Part shown: positions 38,679 to 52,072 of the stretch, piece after piece
How positions within the stretch are numbered: position 1 is the first letter of the stretch
Layout of the letters: each line of letters opens with the position of its first letter
Assembly: GCF_009914755.1 (NCBI RefSeq)
Contig: NC_060927.1
Source: the human T2T-CHM13v2.0 reference genome, Homo sapiens
Strand: one strand, 5' to 3'
Length of the DNA: 64,000 nucleotides
Position numbers and translations under genes: made by a program
Notes under the pieces: model-generated
Databases searched by the model: none
Told to the model about the DNA's origin: nothing
The model's input: the letters and a program-made list of their open reading frames with translations, nothing else

Positions 38679-41011
38679 GAGGAAGACCGTTGTGTTTGGG
38701 TGGTTTATGGGTTTAGTAAAAGGAGTAACATTTCAATTAGTGGGGAAGGAATGAGAACCTGCCTCAAAGAGGCTTAATTGGCAACTTGGCTTTCCCAGGG
38801 GGCTTTGAAGTAGCATCAGAGAAGGAAAGTTTTCAGAGATGGGTGGAGAATAGAGCAACTATAGGGCCCTTGCTGTGCCTGTGAGAGGGCAGATGGGGTG
38901 CTCAGAAGGTAAAACCCACAGCACTACACAAATCCCAGCCCCGCGCGAGCGCCCGCTCCAGTCTTCCGGGCTTCTGAGTGGTTTTCTCCACGCCGCTTCT
39001 CCCAGCTCCCCCCTGAGAGCGTCAGGACCCAGCCGTTTCTAAAGCAGGCAGCCTCCACGAAGCCATCTCGCTTCAAAGGCTGCAGCCCTAACCTCACCAG
39101 TGTGGAATTCCTTTTTTCCTTCTCAAGAGCCCCTGTTGCTGGGTCTCGAAGTTTAGTCCAGCAAACTGGGGAATTCAACTCCTAATTGCAGTGAGTTATG
39201 GGGGAGGGTGCAATATTGCATACAAATGTGTATTTTCTGTGCATGTGTGTTCAAGGACTACAAAGTCTGAAGACTGAGGATTCAAGTATGATCGTACCTT
39301 AGGGCAAGGGATTGCACAGGTGACTCGTCAAGGTGGGGCTCTCAGATTTCACAAGTCGCAAAGGCATCCAGATCGACATTATCCTACGGTCTCGTCTTTC
39401 CTAGCCGTGGCATCCTCATGAGGTCTTTGTCATGTAATTCATGCTCACAAGTCACTCAAATCTTCATGCATCTTGACTGATTTGAGGTTTTACTTCTTAA
39501 TTCAGTCATTCACAGGGTATGGCAAACTTTTTGTTTTCTAACATGGAGGAACTCTCCAAAGGAAATGTTACAGATAATATGCCAAGATAATCGTTTGCAA
39601 TGAAGTCTGGAAGAAAATTCAGCTAACCCTGTGTTTTAGCTGCAAGAGAGCAATCTGACCAGGGGTTTGGAGAGCTGTCCAAACCAAGCCTCTAAGTGGT
39701 ATGCTGGTCTTTCTGAGCTTGAGAAAAAAAGAATGAAGAACTTCCAAGTGACTCCACCAGTCCCTCGGTTCTCTTGATGTTGACTTTGGGGAGAACGAGT
39801 TCAACACCCTTCCCATATGCGCATCTGTGAACGTGGATTGGATTTTGCTTGAGATCTTAGCACTGAACCCTGAACTAAAGGAGGCACTATGCCTCCATCT
39901 GAAGCAATCAGTCCCCAAAGCACAGGACTCTGAGCCAGGCTCTCTCCCTTCATCCTCCCCTCTCCTGCGGGTGGCTTCTCCTGGAACACTGGCTCATATC
40001 TCTGGAGCCTGTGGTTTGGGGATTGCCATTAGCCAACTACAACAGAGCCTGGAGAGTTTACTTTGGGTCTAAAATGGGAACTGGACCCACTCTCTGAGTA
40101 ATGCTCATCACTCAGCAGGTCTCAGCCGGTGGCCTACAACTTTACAATTGACCCCTCTTCCCACCACCGTGGGTTGCTGTGTAGAGCAATCACTTCCCTC
40201 CTAAGCCTCATCTCCTGCTGCCTCCTCAAAGTTGCGATGGTTAGAAAACATGGCATCTGTATGCACCCTGCACGTTCTTGCATGCCAGGAAAGCTGAGCC
40301 ACCATGCAGTCGCATGGCATGTCCGATCCGTCATGCCACTGTGAGGAAACAGGACGAGGACCAGAAAATCAGCACAGCAACATAAGTTCCTGACTGCTGC
40401 TGTGAGTGGACCGGAGATGCTGCACCAGTGACCCAGTCACTGCAGCAACTAGAAGCTGGGATTGACTGGATGCCTTGGGACAGCACAGAATCCATTTCAA
40501 GTGCTGAAAAGGACCTTAATAATATTCTAACCAACATACGGATGGGAAACGGAGGCCCGGAGAGGGAAGATTCCTACCCGGGTGCCTGCAGGGAGAGAAG
40601 GGCAGAGCTGAGACCCAAACCCAGGTGGGGGTACTGAGGCCAGTGCCCCCTTCTAATATGACTGAATCTCAGCTTCACTTTCCAGTGTGTTTTTGCCTTG
40701 GCGAGGGTGGAAATGAGTTTCCAAAACTCTGCAAAGAGAGAGGTATGCGGAGGGGCCAGACAAAGCCCGTGAGCATTTACCATAGATCTCTCTAAAATGG
40801 ATAATCAATCAAGACGTTGTTGTATACTCTTGCCTCCTTGAGGGAGCATCTTGTGTACTTTCTCCTTGTTCCTCAGACCCCTTCACTATAACCAAAGTTG
40901 CCTCTGTGGTGAGTTCGTTAACGCTCGGGAGAAAATTCTCACATTAGAGCATTATTTTCAAAATGCACTCTTCAATGTCCAAAATATTTCCATTCCCAAT
41001 ATCTCACAGTC

Positions 41012-41501
41012 TTTTTTATTTTTTTATTTTTTCTATAATTTCAACTTTTATTTTATATTCAGAGGGTACGTGTGCAGGTTTATTACCTGGGTATATTGCA
41101 AGATGGTGAGGTTTGGGGACACAATTAACCCTGTTACCCAGGTACTGAGCATAGTACCCAATAGTTCGTTTTCCAACCCTTGTCCCCCTCTCCCCCTCCA
41201 GTAGTCCTCAGTTTCTATTACCGTCTTGATGTCCACGAGTACCCAGTGTTTAGCTCCTACTCCTAAGAAACAATATGCAATATTTGATTATCTGTTCCTG
41301 CATTAATTTACTTAGGATAACAGCCTCCAGCTGCATCCATGTTGCTGCAAGGACATGGTTTCACTCTTTTTATGGATGTGTAGTATTCTATGGTGTATAT
41401 GTACCACATTTTCTTGATCCAATCTACCAGTGGTGGGCACCTAGGTTGATTCCCTGTCTTTGCTATGTGAACAGTGCAGCAATTAACATATGAGTGCATG
41501 T
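41012..41501 (-). mobile_element. L1PA15/16-like 3' end, 5'-truncated
   Basis: T-rich tail; GGGTACGTGTGCAGGTTT, CCCAGGTACTGAGCATAGTACCCAATAG, GCCTCCAGCTGCATCCATGTTGCTGCAA. Confidence 0.88.
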
Positions 41502-41504
41502 TGC

Positions 41505-41650
41505 ATAACCTTTAAAGGCAAAAAGACATGCTCTATTATCCCATTTTTACAAAGAGGAAATGGGTTTTCAAGAGGTAAAGTAACTTGCCAAAAGCCACGC
41601 TCCCCACAAGTGGCTCATACAGACCTAAAGCCAAGTCTAGATCGAAGTCC
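41505..41650 (-). mobile_element. MIR fragment
   Basis: TATTATCCCATTTTTACAAAGAGGAAA..AGAGGTAAAGTAACTTGCCAAAAGCCAC. Confidence 0.65.
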
Positions 41651-41926
41651 AACACTTTGCAGAATTCTAGCTTCCAGCAGGAAACAACCTGACTTAGACA
41701 ATACCTCATTATTTACTTCTCCTCTCTGGGGACAATGAAATTAATGTTCCTTTGAAACATGAGAGTTTGGATAGATGACCACATGTACTTGTCACCACCT
41801 CCTCTTCTCTCCTACACCTGGTGTACAGGCAAGGCTTTGAAGAATATAGTGAGTCATTGCAGTCTCCCATCCCTCTTTCAAAATTCCCTGCAGCCGATGA
41901 GACCGCTGTCCACACTCACAAACTTA

Positions 41927-42484
<558 letters not shown>

Positions 42485-42636
42485 TCACTCCCTGGACTAG
42501 AGTCTCGCCAGTAAAGTAGATAACAGAAAATATTTCAAAGATGAGACAAGCAGCAAATAAACCACTGAGAGAATAAAAAATGACTTCCTCCCAAATTTCT
42601 TCCCCCCTAAAAATACAAAAGATACAAGATATGTGG

Positions 42637-42942
42637 TTTTTTTTTTTTTTTTTTTTTTTGAGACGGAGTCTGGCTCTGTTGCCAGGCTGGAGGGCAGTGG
42701 CGCGATCTCGGCTCACTGAAGCCTCCGCCTCCCAGGTTCAAGCGACTCTCCTGCCTCAGCGTCCTAAGTAGCTGGGACTACAGGCATATGCCACCACACC
42801 CAGCTAATTTTTTTGTACTTTTAGTACCTTTGTACTTTTGTACCATGTTGGCCAGGATGGTCTCCATCTCCTGACCTTGTGATCTACCTGCCTCGGCCTT
42901 CCAAAGTGCCGGGATTACAGGCATGAGCCACCGCACCCAGCC
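42637..42942 (-). mobile_element. AluSc-like
   Basis: TGTTGCCAGGCTGG, GGCCAGGATGGTCTCCATCTCCTGACCTTGTGATC; long T tract. Confidence 0.92.
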
Positions 42943-44454
42943 CTCATGTGTGCTGCTTATATCTGACATAGGAGACATTGAACTCACACTCCGAATCTTG
43001 AGATATTAAAAGTTTTAAGAGATAAATGAGTTCCTCTTAGACAATTATACCTTTATGTCTGCCAGACTCAAATGGGATTTTCTGTAGAATCGTATGGTAT
43101 ATGAAAATCTTCTTTTATTGCAGCCGTTGGAGATGTGTGTGAGTATGTGTGTGTGTACATGCATATTATGCATGAAATTTTGTATCTTCGTTCAAGCTGT
43201 CACCCATCTCTCATCTGGAAAATGGCAATGGGATTAAAAGTGCCCCTGGCCTTGAGCCAACCTCTGCCAACTGTGTCTAAGATGCACATCTCACCACTTC
43301 CTCCCTTTGGCTGACACCTGCCCAGAGCTCCCCATTGTCCACCTGATAGAGTCTACCCTCCATAGACATAAAACCCCCAGTCCTTCTTCAACCCTCCATG
43401 CTCATCATTTCCTGCCTCACAGTTTATGTGCCAAGCAACACGGGGCTCTTCCTAGTTTCCTGCCCTGGTGTCTTTTCTCCTCCATAACCTTGCTTATGCT
43501 AGCATCTCTTCCAGGACCCAACATGCTTCTCCCACCTGGACCCCTATTCTCCTACAATGCCCTGGGTGTATCTGTAACTAGCACTTAGAATCACCTGTTC
43601 TGGTGTCTGTGTCTGCCACTAAACACACAATGTATGAAGAATATCATACATCAAAAACCACCCAAATCTTAAGTATACAACCAGCCAAATGTTTTCAAAT
43701 TTCAACCAGCACCCAGAACAAAAAGCAGCCACTATATTTTTGAGGTCAGAGGCTGAGTTTTGTTCATCTTTGTAACTTTAGCACCATGACCAGTAGCTGG
43801 CATGCAGTATGTATGGTACCAAATGGTTGTGGAATTAATCAATGAATGGTTATTTCACTGTCTTTTCCTTCTGTTTCACTCATTTACGTTTTCTAACTAT
43901 TCTCACTTTACCTAAGTTGACCAACAGGATAATTCAGGATTTCTCGCCCAGGCTTTGAGAGCTTGAGTTCTGAATGCTGAGGGTTGTGAAGGAATGTTGG
44001 TAGTTAGGGGAAGAAGCATGGGGAGCAGCTTGGCTGCTGACCACCAAACCTGGATAGGCAACTTGGTAAGATCCAAGACTCAGCCATAAGTGAAGATAAA
44101 AGTCTTTTCTCTTCATAAACTTCAAGCTATAATCTCAGCTGCCAAAGCATGTCACAGTAACTACCTCAATTAAGAATCAATGAAGAGATCACTAAAGAAT
44201 AGAACATTTTAGCCTTTTTGCATTACAGCTAAGAAAAGGGAACAGGTAGCATTCATTTTTTCCACACTCAGCCTCTGGTGCCAGGTACCAGCATCGCCTT
44301 AAGTTGACAGCTGGCCCACACCTGAGGAGCAAAGGGTCTATTTTCCCTGCTTTCCATGTAAGCAATCATAGGAGGTGTACTATAAAGTGAGTGCTCCCTA
44401 AATATTAATGCCCCCATCCACACGCTTCTCTGAAAAGTCCACATTAGGAAGTAG

Positions 44455-44640
44455 TAAACGTACCATTTAGTTAGCATGTACTATGTGCCAGGCATTTGAT
44501 AAATAGCCACTTGCACACATTACCACATTTATTCTTCATAACTACTCTCTCAGGTGAGTGATATTATCCGCATTTAACAGGTGAGAAAATTGAGCAATGG
44601 AAGCTGGGGTGTGACCTCATATCTTTGATTCCAAACCTAT
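44455..44640 (-). mobile_element. MIR
   Basis: TACTATGTGCCAGGCA, ATTCTTCATAACTAC, ATTATCCGCATTTAACAGGTGAGAAAATTGAG. Confidence 0.7.
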
Positions 44641-46669
44641 AGTAACTACTCTATTATAAACAAACTATATAACTTGCTTCCTCGTGTCCCTGCAACTGAT
44701 GAGGAGACCAGTAGTGTCGAGGTTGAGAAACCCTTCTCAGAGGACTCCCCAGAACGAACCTGGGAACTTCAGACAGACTGGGTGGGCCTCCAGCCGGGCC
44801 TCGCAGCAGAATCAGGACGGGTCTGTCTTGCTGGCATGCCTCACATTCTCAATCTCACTGCTGGAAACCCAGATTCAATATTACCTGAGGCCGAAGCCTG
44901 AGTTCTTATGGTAAATTTTCCCCTGGGGAGTTAGAGTTTCTCATTTATGTTCACCCAAAACCTTACTTTGAAAGAACTATTTTGGAGAAGTTCACAGTGC
45001 ACACGATGGAAGCATTGAAAACATCTACTCTTTCCCAGGGGCAGTCAAGGGAGATAGGTCCTTCTGAAATGGAAGGGAACCACTCCCCAAAGGAGCATTT
45101 CTGAATGAGAGATTAGCAAGGGTTTCCTCAGCAAAAAGCTCGATGTGAGGGCAAGCATCCCCTTCCCTGGCCTGAACGAGCAGCGTGTCATCCCGGGACC
45201 TACCCAACACCCTTGGACAGCCTAAGGAAAGGACCTTCTGGCACTGTTCAGACCAACAGCTGAGCCAGGGGCCTGACTAGTGCTCACCAGCATCTGAGCC
45301 CATTCGCTGGCTTGAGGACGGACACAAAGAGCCACCCTGATCCCAAGTCCAGGCCTTTAATGAGCCCCTCCACTCCTCACCTCTCAGACATCCCCTGTTT
45401 ACATTTTATTCGCCAAAGGACCTAATCCCCGGGCTCCAGTCTGCACTTCATCTTGTCTCTGTGTGTCCTCCAGATTAATGCTCATCAGTAACTGTCGCCA
45501 CAGAGGGGAAGACCCGAGCGTGAGGACATGCCAAGCCCTGCAGCTTTGGTGCCAACCAGAGAAAATATGGAAGAGGAAACCCAAACATTTATAAACATTT
45601 CAAAATGTTTAGTTCAAGACGCCCCATGTAAATAAGAGAGTGCCCAGGAGACACTCGTTTTCCTTGGACTTACATATTTTGTCCCAAATAAAGATTAGCT
45701 TAAAAAAGAAAATCCAAGTCACCAGTCCCTGCTTCTCTTTCGCTTCTCAGGCGCATAAGATCTTTTTCATGTAGTTTGCTTCAACGCTATTGTATTTCTT
45801 CTGCGCTTTGAAACTGAACCCCTCTTTGATGGATATTAGTGGAACGTGCTTTCGTGTCTCCCTAATGAACTTTCACTTGGAAAATGCCCCAAACAAGGAA
45901 GATGCTAGAAGTGTAATGATATTTTGTTTAAAGCAAAGAGGGACCTTCTCTTCTGGTTTCCCCCACTTTGGTCCACCCCAGAGGAATAATTGGCCAAGAA
46001 TCACAGAAGGGATCATTTACAGCTTTACTTTCAAGCTCCCCAGTTCCCTTTCAGACTGTGTTTACTCAGTCAAAGGCTTCAGACTAGCCAGGGTGGGCCT
46101 CCTGACAGCCCCATCTTGCTGGCCCTGGGATACTCTGATTGGGATTAAACCCATGCTGATCTGTCAGAAAGTGGGTGATTGAGAGGCTTCTTTGTGATGC
46201 TCGTGGTAAGATGAGAGGATGGAAGAGTACAGATGTGGAGGCAATATTCTTTAGGGCACCCTTCAGCTCTTGTGCCTGGAGGAGCCCAGGTCGGCAGTCC
46301 TGGGGTGATTACTGGCTACACGGAAAGCAAATCCAAAATGGAAGACAGCTTGGCACCATGGGAGAAACTGTTCAGTGGTGGTGTTCTTTATTGTATTTTT
46401 TTCTAACAATTGAAAATATCCTGTGGGGAACAGTCTTCTCAAATCCAATCAACATTAAGTTTCAAATAAAACTAAGTATACAGGAAATAAGTGAGCAACA
46501 AAATATAAGGCCATTAGATGTGCCTACATTGGTGTTCTTGTTTTTCCCTCAGTGGGTGATTCCTTAGGGAGAGATTAGCTATAATAATTAGTACTTTTGT
46601 AAATAAAAGAAATTGTGTGAAGCTGGAAAATTTACAATAGATGAAGTATAGTTGTCAAAGCACCAAATT

Positions 46670-46830
46670 CTCAGTGTGGCCAACTAGGAAACCTGCATTC
46701 TTTCCGTTGCTGAGTCACTTGCTGGTTGTACAGGCTTGGACAAGTCCCTGTCTTTTGAGCTTCTGCTTCTTCATCTATAAAATGGTGACATGCTTCCAGG
46801 TTCTGTTCTTCACAGGTTTGTTCTGGGAAT
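46670..46830 (+). mobile_element. MIR fragment
   Basis: CTTGGACAAGTCCC..TTTTGAGCTTCTGCTTCTTCATCTATAAAATGG. Confidence 0.6.
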
Positions 46831-47024
46831 CAAACAAGGCCTGAGGGTGACAGCACCTGGGATCCCTAATACTTGACTGATTATTATCAACTGCCTTTGG
46901 AGTATGGGCTTTAGAAGCTGAGGTTCCCCCTTTGGTCAGTATCACCCACAGGTCATTATTCAGAACTTCCCAGCTCAGGGGTTCAGAATTTCTCACTGCT
47001 ATGCTTTTTTGTTAGTTGTTCATC

Positions 47025-50000
47025 TTTTTTTTCCTTTTGTTTTTAGTTGACATATCATGATTATAGAGTAATCACATAATGGTTGACACATTTATAGAGT
47101 GTAGCGTGATATTTTGATATATGTATACAATGTGTAATTATCAAATCAGGGTAATTAGCATATGCATTACCTCAAACATTTATCATTTCTTTGTGTTGGG
47201 AATATTCAAAATCCTCTCTTCTAGCTATCTGAAAATGTATAATAAATTATTGTTAACTATAGTCACGCTACAATGCTATAGAACACTATGACTTATTCCT
47301 CCTATCTAGCTGTAATTTTGTATCTGTTAATCAACCTTTCCTGTCTTCCCTTCCCTGCCACCCTTCCTAGCCTCTAATAACCACAATTCTACTCTCTACT
47401 TTTATGAGCTCAAGTTTTTTAGCTCCTACACATGAGTTAGTACCTTCAGTATTTCTGTGCCTGACTCATTTCACTTAACATCATAACCTCCAGGCTCATC
47501 CATGTTGCCATGAATTACAGGATTTTATTCTTTATTATGTCAGAATAATATTACTTTGTGTATTTATACCAATATATATTCCAATATCTATTGAGATGAT
47601 CATACTTTTTTTGTCCTTCATTCTGTTGATGTGATGTATCACATTGACTGATTTGCATATGTTGCACCGTCCTTGCATCCCTAGAGTAAACCCCACTTAA
47701 TCATGGTATATTATCTTTTTGATGCATTGTTGGATTCAGTTTGCTAGCATTTTGTTAAGGATTTTTGCACCTGTGTTCATCAGAGATGTTGGCCTGTGGC
47801 TTTTTCTGTTGTGTCCTTGTCTGAGTTTGGTATCAGGGTAATTCTGGCTTCACAGAATGAGTTAGAAAGAATTCCCTCTTCTTCATTTTTCTTGAAATAG
47901 CTTGAGAAGAATTAGTGTTAGTTCTTCAAAAGCTTGGTAGAATTCAGCAGTGAAGCCATCTGGTCCTGGGCTTTTCTTTGTTGGGAGACTTTTTATTACT
48001 GATTCAATCTCATTACTTGTTATTGGTCTGTTCAGGTTTTCTGTTTCTTCCTGGTTCAATCTTTATAGGTTAGATGTGTCCAGGATTTGATCAATTTCCT
48101 GTAAGTTTTCCAATATGTTGGTCCATAGTTTTCATAATAGTCTCTAATGGCCCTTTGTCAATTGTAATGTCTCCTTTTTTATTTCTCATTTTATTTAATT
48201 GTGTCCATTCTCTCATTTTCTTAGTTTGTCTTGCTAATAGTTGGTCGATTTTATTGACCAAAAAAACCAACTTTTCATTGCGTTGATTTTTTTTTTTTTT
48301 TGGTCTCTATTTTATTTTCTTCTTCTCTGATCTTTTTTGTATTTTTCCTTCTACTAGTTTTGGGTTTTGTTTTTTCTTGCTTTTCTAGTTTCTTGAGACA
48401 CATCAATCACTAGGTTGTTTATTTGAAATCTTTCTACTTTTTTAACGTAGGCATTTATTGCTATTAATTTCCTTCTTAGTATTGCTTTTGCTTTATCCTA
48501 TAGGTTTTGGTAAGTTGTGTTTCTATTTTCATTTGTATCAACAAATTTTAAATTTCCTTCTTTATTTCTTTATTGACCTATTGGCCATTCAGGAGCATGT
48601 TGTTTAATTTCCATGTGTTTTTATGGTTTCTAATGTTCCTTTTGTTATTGATTTCTGGTTTATTCCATTGTGGCCTGAAAAGATGCTTGATGTGATTTTT
48701 ATTTTAAAAAACCTTGAGACTTATTTTGTGGACCAAGTTCAATGTTTCTTTGTTGAAACAAAGATTTCTTGTCTAAATGATCTGTCTGATGCTGAAAGTG
48801 GGATATTGAAGACCCCAGGTATTATTGAATTGGAGTCTAGAGTCTCTTTAGCTCTAATAATATTTGCTTTATATTTGAGGGTGCCCCAATGTTGGGTGCA
48901 TATAGGTGTACAGTTGTTATAACTTCTTGATGAATTGATCCCTTTTTAATTATGTAATTATCTTCTTTGTCTCTTTTGATGTTTTTTGACTAAAGTCTAT
49001 TTTGTCTGATGTAAGTATGGCTACTTCTACACACTTTTGGTTTCTATAGGTATGGAATATTTTTTCCCATGCCTTCACTTTCAGTCTCTGTATGTCTTTA
49101 CAGGTGAATGAGTTTGCTATAGGCAAAATGTAGTTGGATCTTATTATTATTTTTTAAATTGATTCAGCCAGTCTACATCTTTTAATTCAGGTTTAAACCA
49201 TTTACATTCAAAGTTGTTATTGAAAAGTGAAGACATACTCCTGTCATTTTGTTGATTATTTTCTGGTTGTTTTGGATGTCTTCTGTTCCTTTATTACTCT
49301 TTTATTGTTTATCTTTGTGTTTTGGTGGTTTTCTGTAGTGATAACATTTGATTCCTTTCTCTTTCTCACTTGTGTATCTGCTCCACAGGAAGTTTTATAT
49401 TTTCATGAAGGAAGATGTCATTCTTTTGGCTCCAGGTGTAATAGGGTCCCCTTAAGCATTTCTTGTAGGACCAGTCAAGTGATGATAAATTTCCTCAGTC
49501 TTTGTTTGTCTGGGAAAGACTTTACTTCTCCTTCATTCCTGAAGGATAGTTTTGCTGGATATAGTACTCTTAGATAGCAAACTTTTTCTTCTAGCACTTT
49601 GAATATATCATTTTATTCTCTCCTGGCCTCTCAAGTTTCTGCTGAGAAATCTGAAGTTAGTCTGATGGAGATTCCCTTCTATGTTACTTGACAGTTTTGT
49701 TGTTTTTAGAATTCTCTGTCTTTGATTTTTGTTAGTTTGACTATAATGTGCCTCAAAGACATTTTGGGTTGAATCTATTTGGGGATCTTTGAGCTTCCTG
49801 TATCTAGATGTCTGTATCTCTCCCAAGTCTTGAGAAATTTTCATCTATTCTTTCATTAAATGTATTTTCTATGCCTTTTCCCATGTCTTCTCATTCTTAA
49901 ACTCTCAAAATGCAAATTTGCCTAATAGTGTCCCATATGTCATGTAAACTTTCTTCATTCTTTCTTATTTATTTATTTATTTATTTATTTATTTTGTCTG

Positions 50001-51178
50001 GGTTATTTCAAAAGACTTGTATTTAAGTTCAAAATTTTTTTCTCCTGCTTGGTCTAGTCTATTGTTGAAGCTCTTAATTGTATGTTTTATTTAATTCATT
50101 GAATTTTTCATTTCCAAGGTTTCTATTTGGTTATTTTTTATACTATCAATCTCTTTGTTGAGTTTCTCATTCAGATCATGAATTGTCTTTTCTTGTAGAT
50201 GTTTCTATAGTGTCAGTTGAATAGGATGCTTTGGCTTTGGTTCTGAGTGGGTGCAGTAATGTAGCCTTTGTATTTTTTTGGCTGTAATCAACATCAGTGG
50301 TGACTTTGAGTGCCTCAGTGGCCTACGCTACAGTTGTTTGTAGAGGCTGTGGCATGGCTTTGACAAGGATAAGAACACTGGGCAGCCCAGTTCCTGGGCC
50401 CCTGGGGAGTGCCTGTGGGTGCACAATGGCTCTGCTACTGAAGTGGTTGAGGTTGCTGGCCATGGCATTTGCAAGCCCCAGGTGGGCCAACCCCTGGGAA
50501 GCTTGCACAGGTTTGTGGTGGTTCTACTGCTGGAGGGGGCAGGGTCACTGGCAGCTGGCAATGGCAGGCGCCGCGGCGGTTGGCTCTCAGGCTCTGGAGA
50601 GTGTGCCCACTGGCTCCCTCTATCCTGGGGGCAGCCTCCTTGCTGTGCTGAACTACCTGTTTCCCAGGATGTAGGACATTGTACGGGCTCGGGTTCAGGG
50701 TCGCAGCTGCATTGCTGAATCCAGCTGTCTTTGTGACACTGCAGTCCTCTGGGTGGATGTGGTGGGATGTCAGTGGGGCCCTGGTGTGAATTTCCTTTCC
50801 AGAATAATGCAGTCATGTGGACTCCAGGTAGCTGCCTATACTGGGCTCAGGGCCTGTGAGGGCTGAGGGGCTCTCTTGTAGCCAGGATTGCAGGTATCTG
50901 TGGTGGGAATGTGGACTTCTGGGGGTCTCCCACTTACCTTTTCCCTGCAATGGGCAGTTCTTCCTGGCTCTGAGCTAATCCTGACTGGCTGCTTCACTTC
51001 CCTCTCTATGTTGCCATCCTGAGTTTCCATGCCTTAGAGGGTCATTGTCACTACCTTGTTAAATTTCAATGCTCTCCCTTAGACACTCTATTTGAGGGTA
51101 CTTCTCTATTTGTTGGTTTGGTCCTTCTTTGTGAAGGAAACAAGTGCTGAGCACCTCTAGTCCACCATCTTGAGGATG
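47025..51178 (-). mobile_element. L1MA (L1MA4/5-like) spanning 5' UTR to 3' UTR with large internal deletions
   Basis: 3' UTR ATCAAATCAGGGTAATTAGCATAT..CCTCAAACATTTATCATTTC; ORF2 CATCCCTAGAGTAAACCCCACTTAATCATGG, GGTAGAATTCAGCAGTGAAGCCATCTGGTCC; ORF1 TCTGCTGAGAAATC; GC-richer 5' UTR ending CCTCTAGTCCACCATCTTG. Confidence 0.9.
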
Positions 51179-51640
51179 CTCAAATTGGGAGCTGGTTTCA
51201 ACTTAGTTTTAAGGTTTCATAGGTTTAGTTATGTCATCAAATGAATTTTCACACTGTTACCAGGTCTCTGCAGCCAGAGTCACCCAGTGCTCCTTGTGAG
51301 TTGCTGCTCCTCCACCATGTGGTACTGTCACTCGCTCCTGGGCTTTTGTTCATGTTGTTGGCTCAGCCTGGAATGCCCACCTCCCATTTCCCTCTTCTAT
51401 ATTTCTAAAATCCACTCTTCTCTTAAAGCTCAGTGCAAATGCTAACTTCTCCATAAGCCTTCTCTGATTCTTTTTCTCCCAATAAAAAATGACCACGTTG
51501 CCTCTGAGCCCTGGCAGCACTTCACCTCTTATAACTTTCAGCAGTCTTTGTCTTCGGTCATTTTCTTGCTTCATGTGGCCTCTCCTACTATATGGCTTGA
51601 GGCTGGGGGCTGTGTGAGCAGTATTTCAGTACACAGATGA

Positions 51641-52072
<432 letters not shown>

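Noticed and set aside
50297-50816. ORFs of 100-162 aa
   Set aside because: They lie in the GC-rich 5' UTR of the old L1MA and resemble no known protein.
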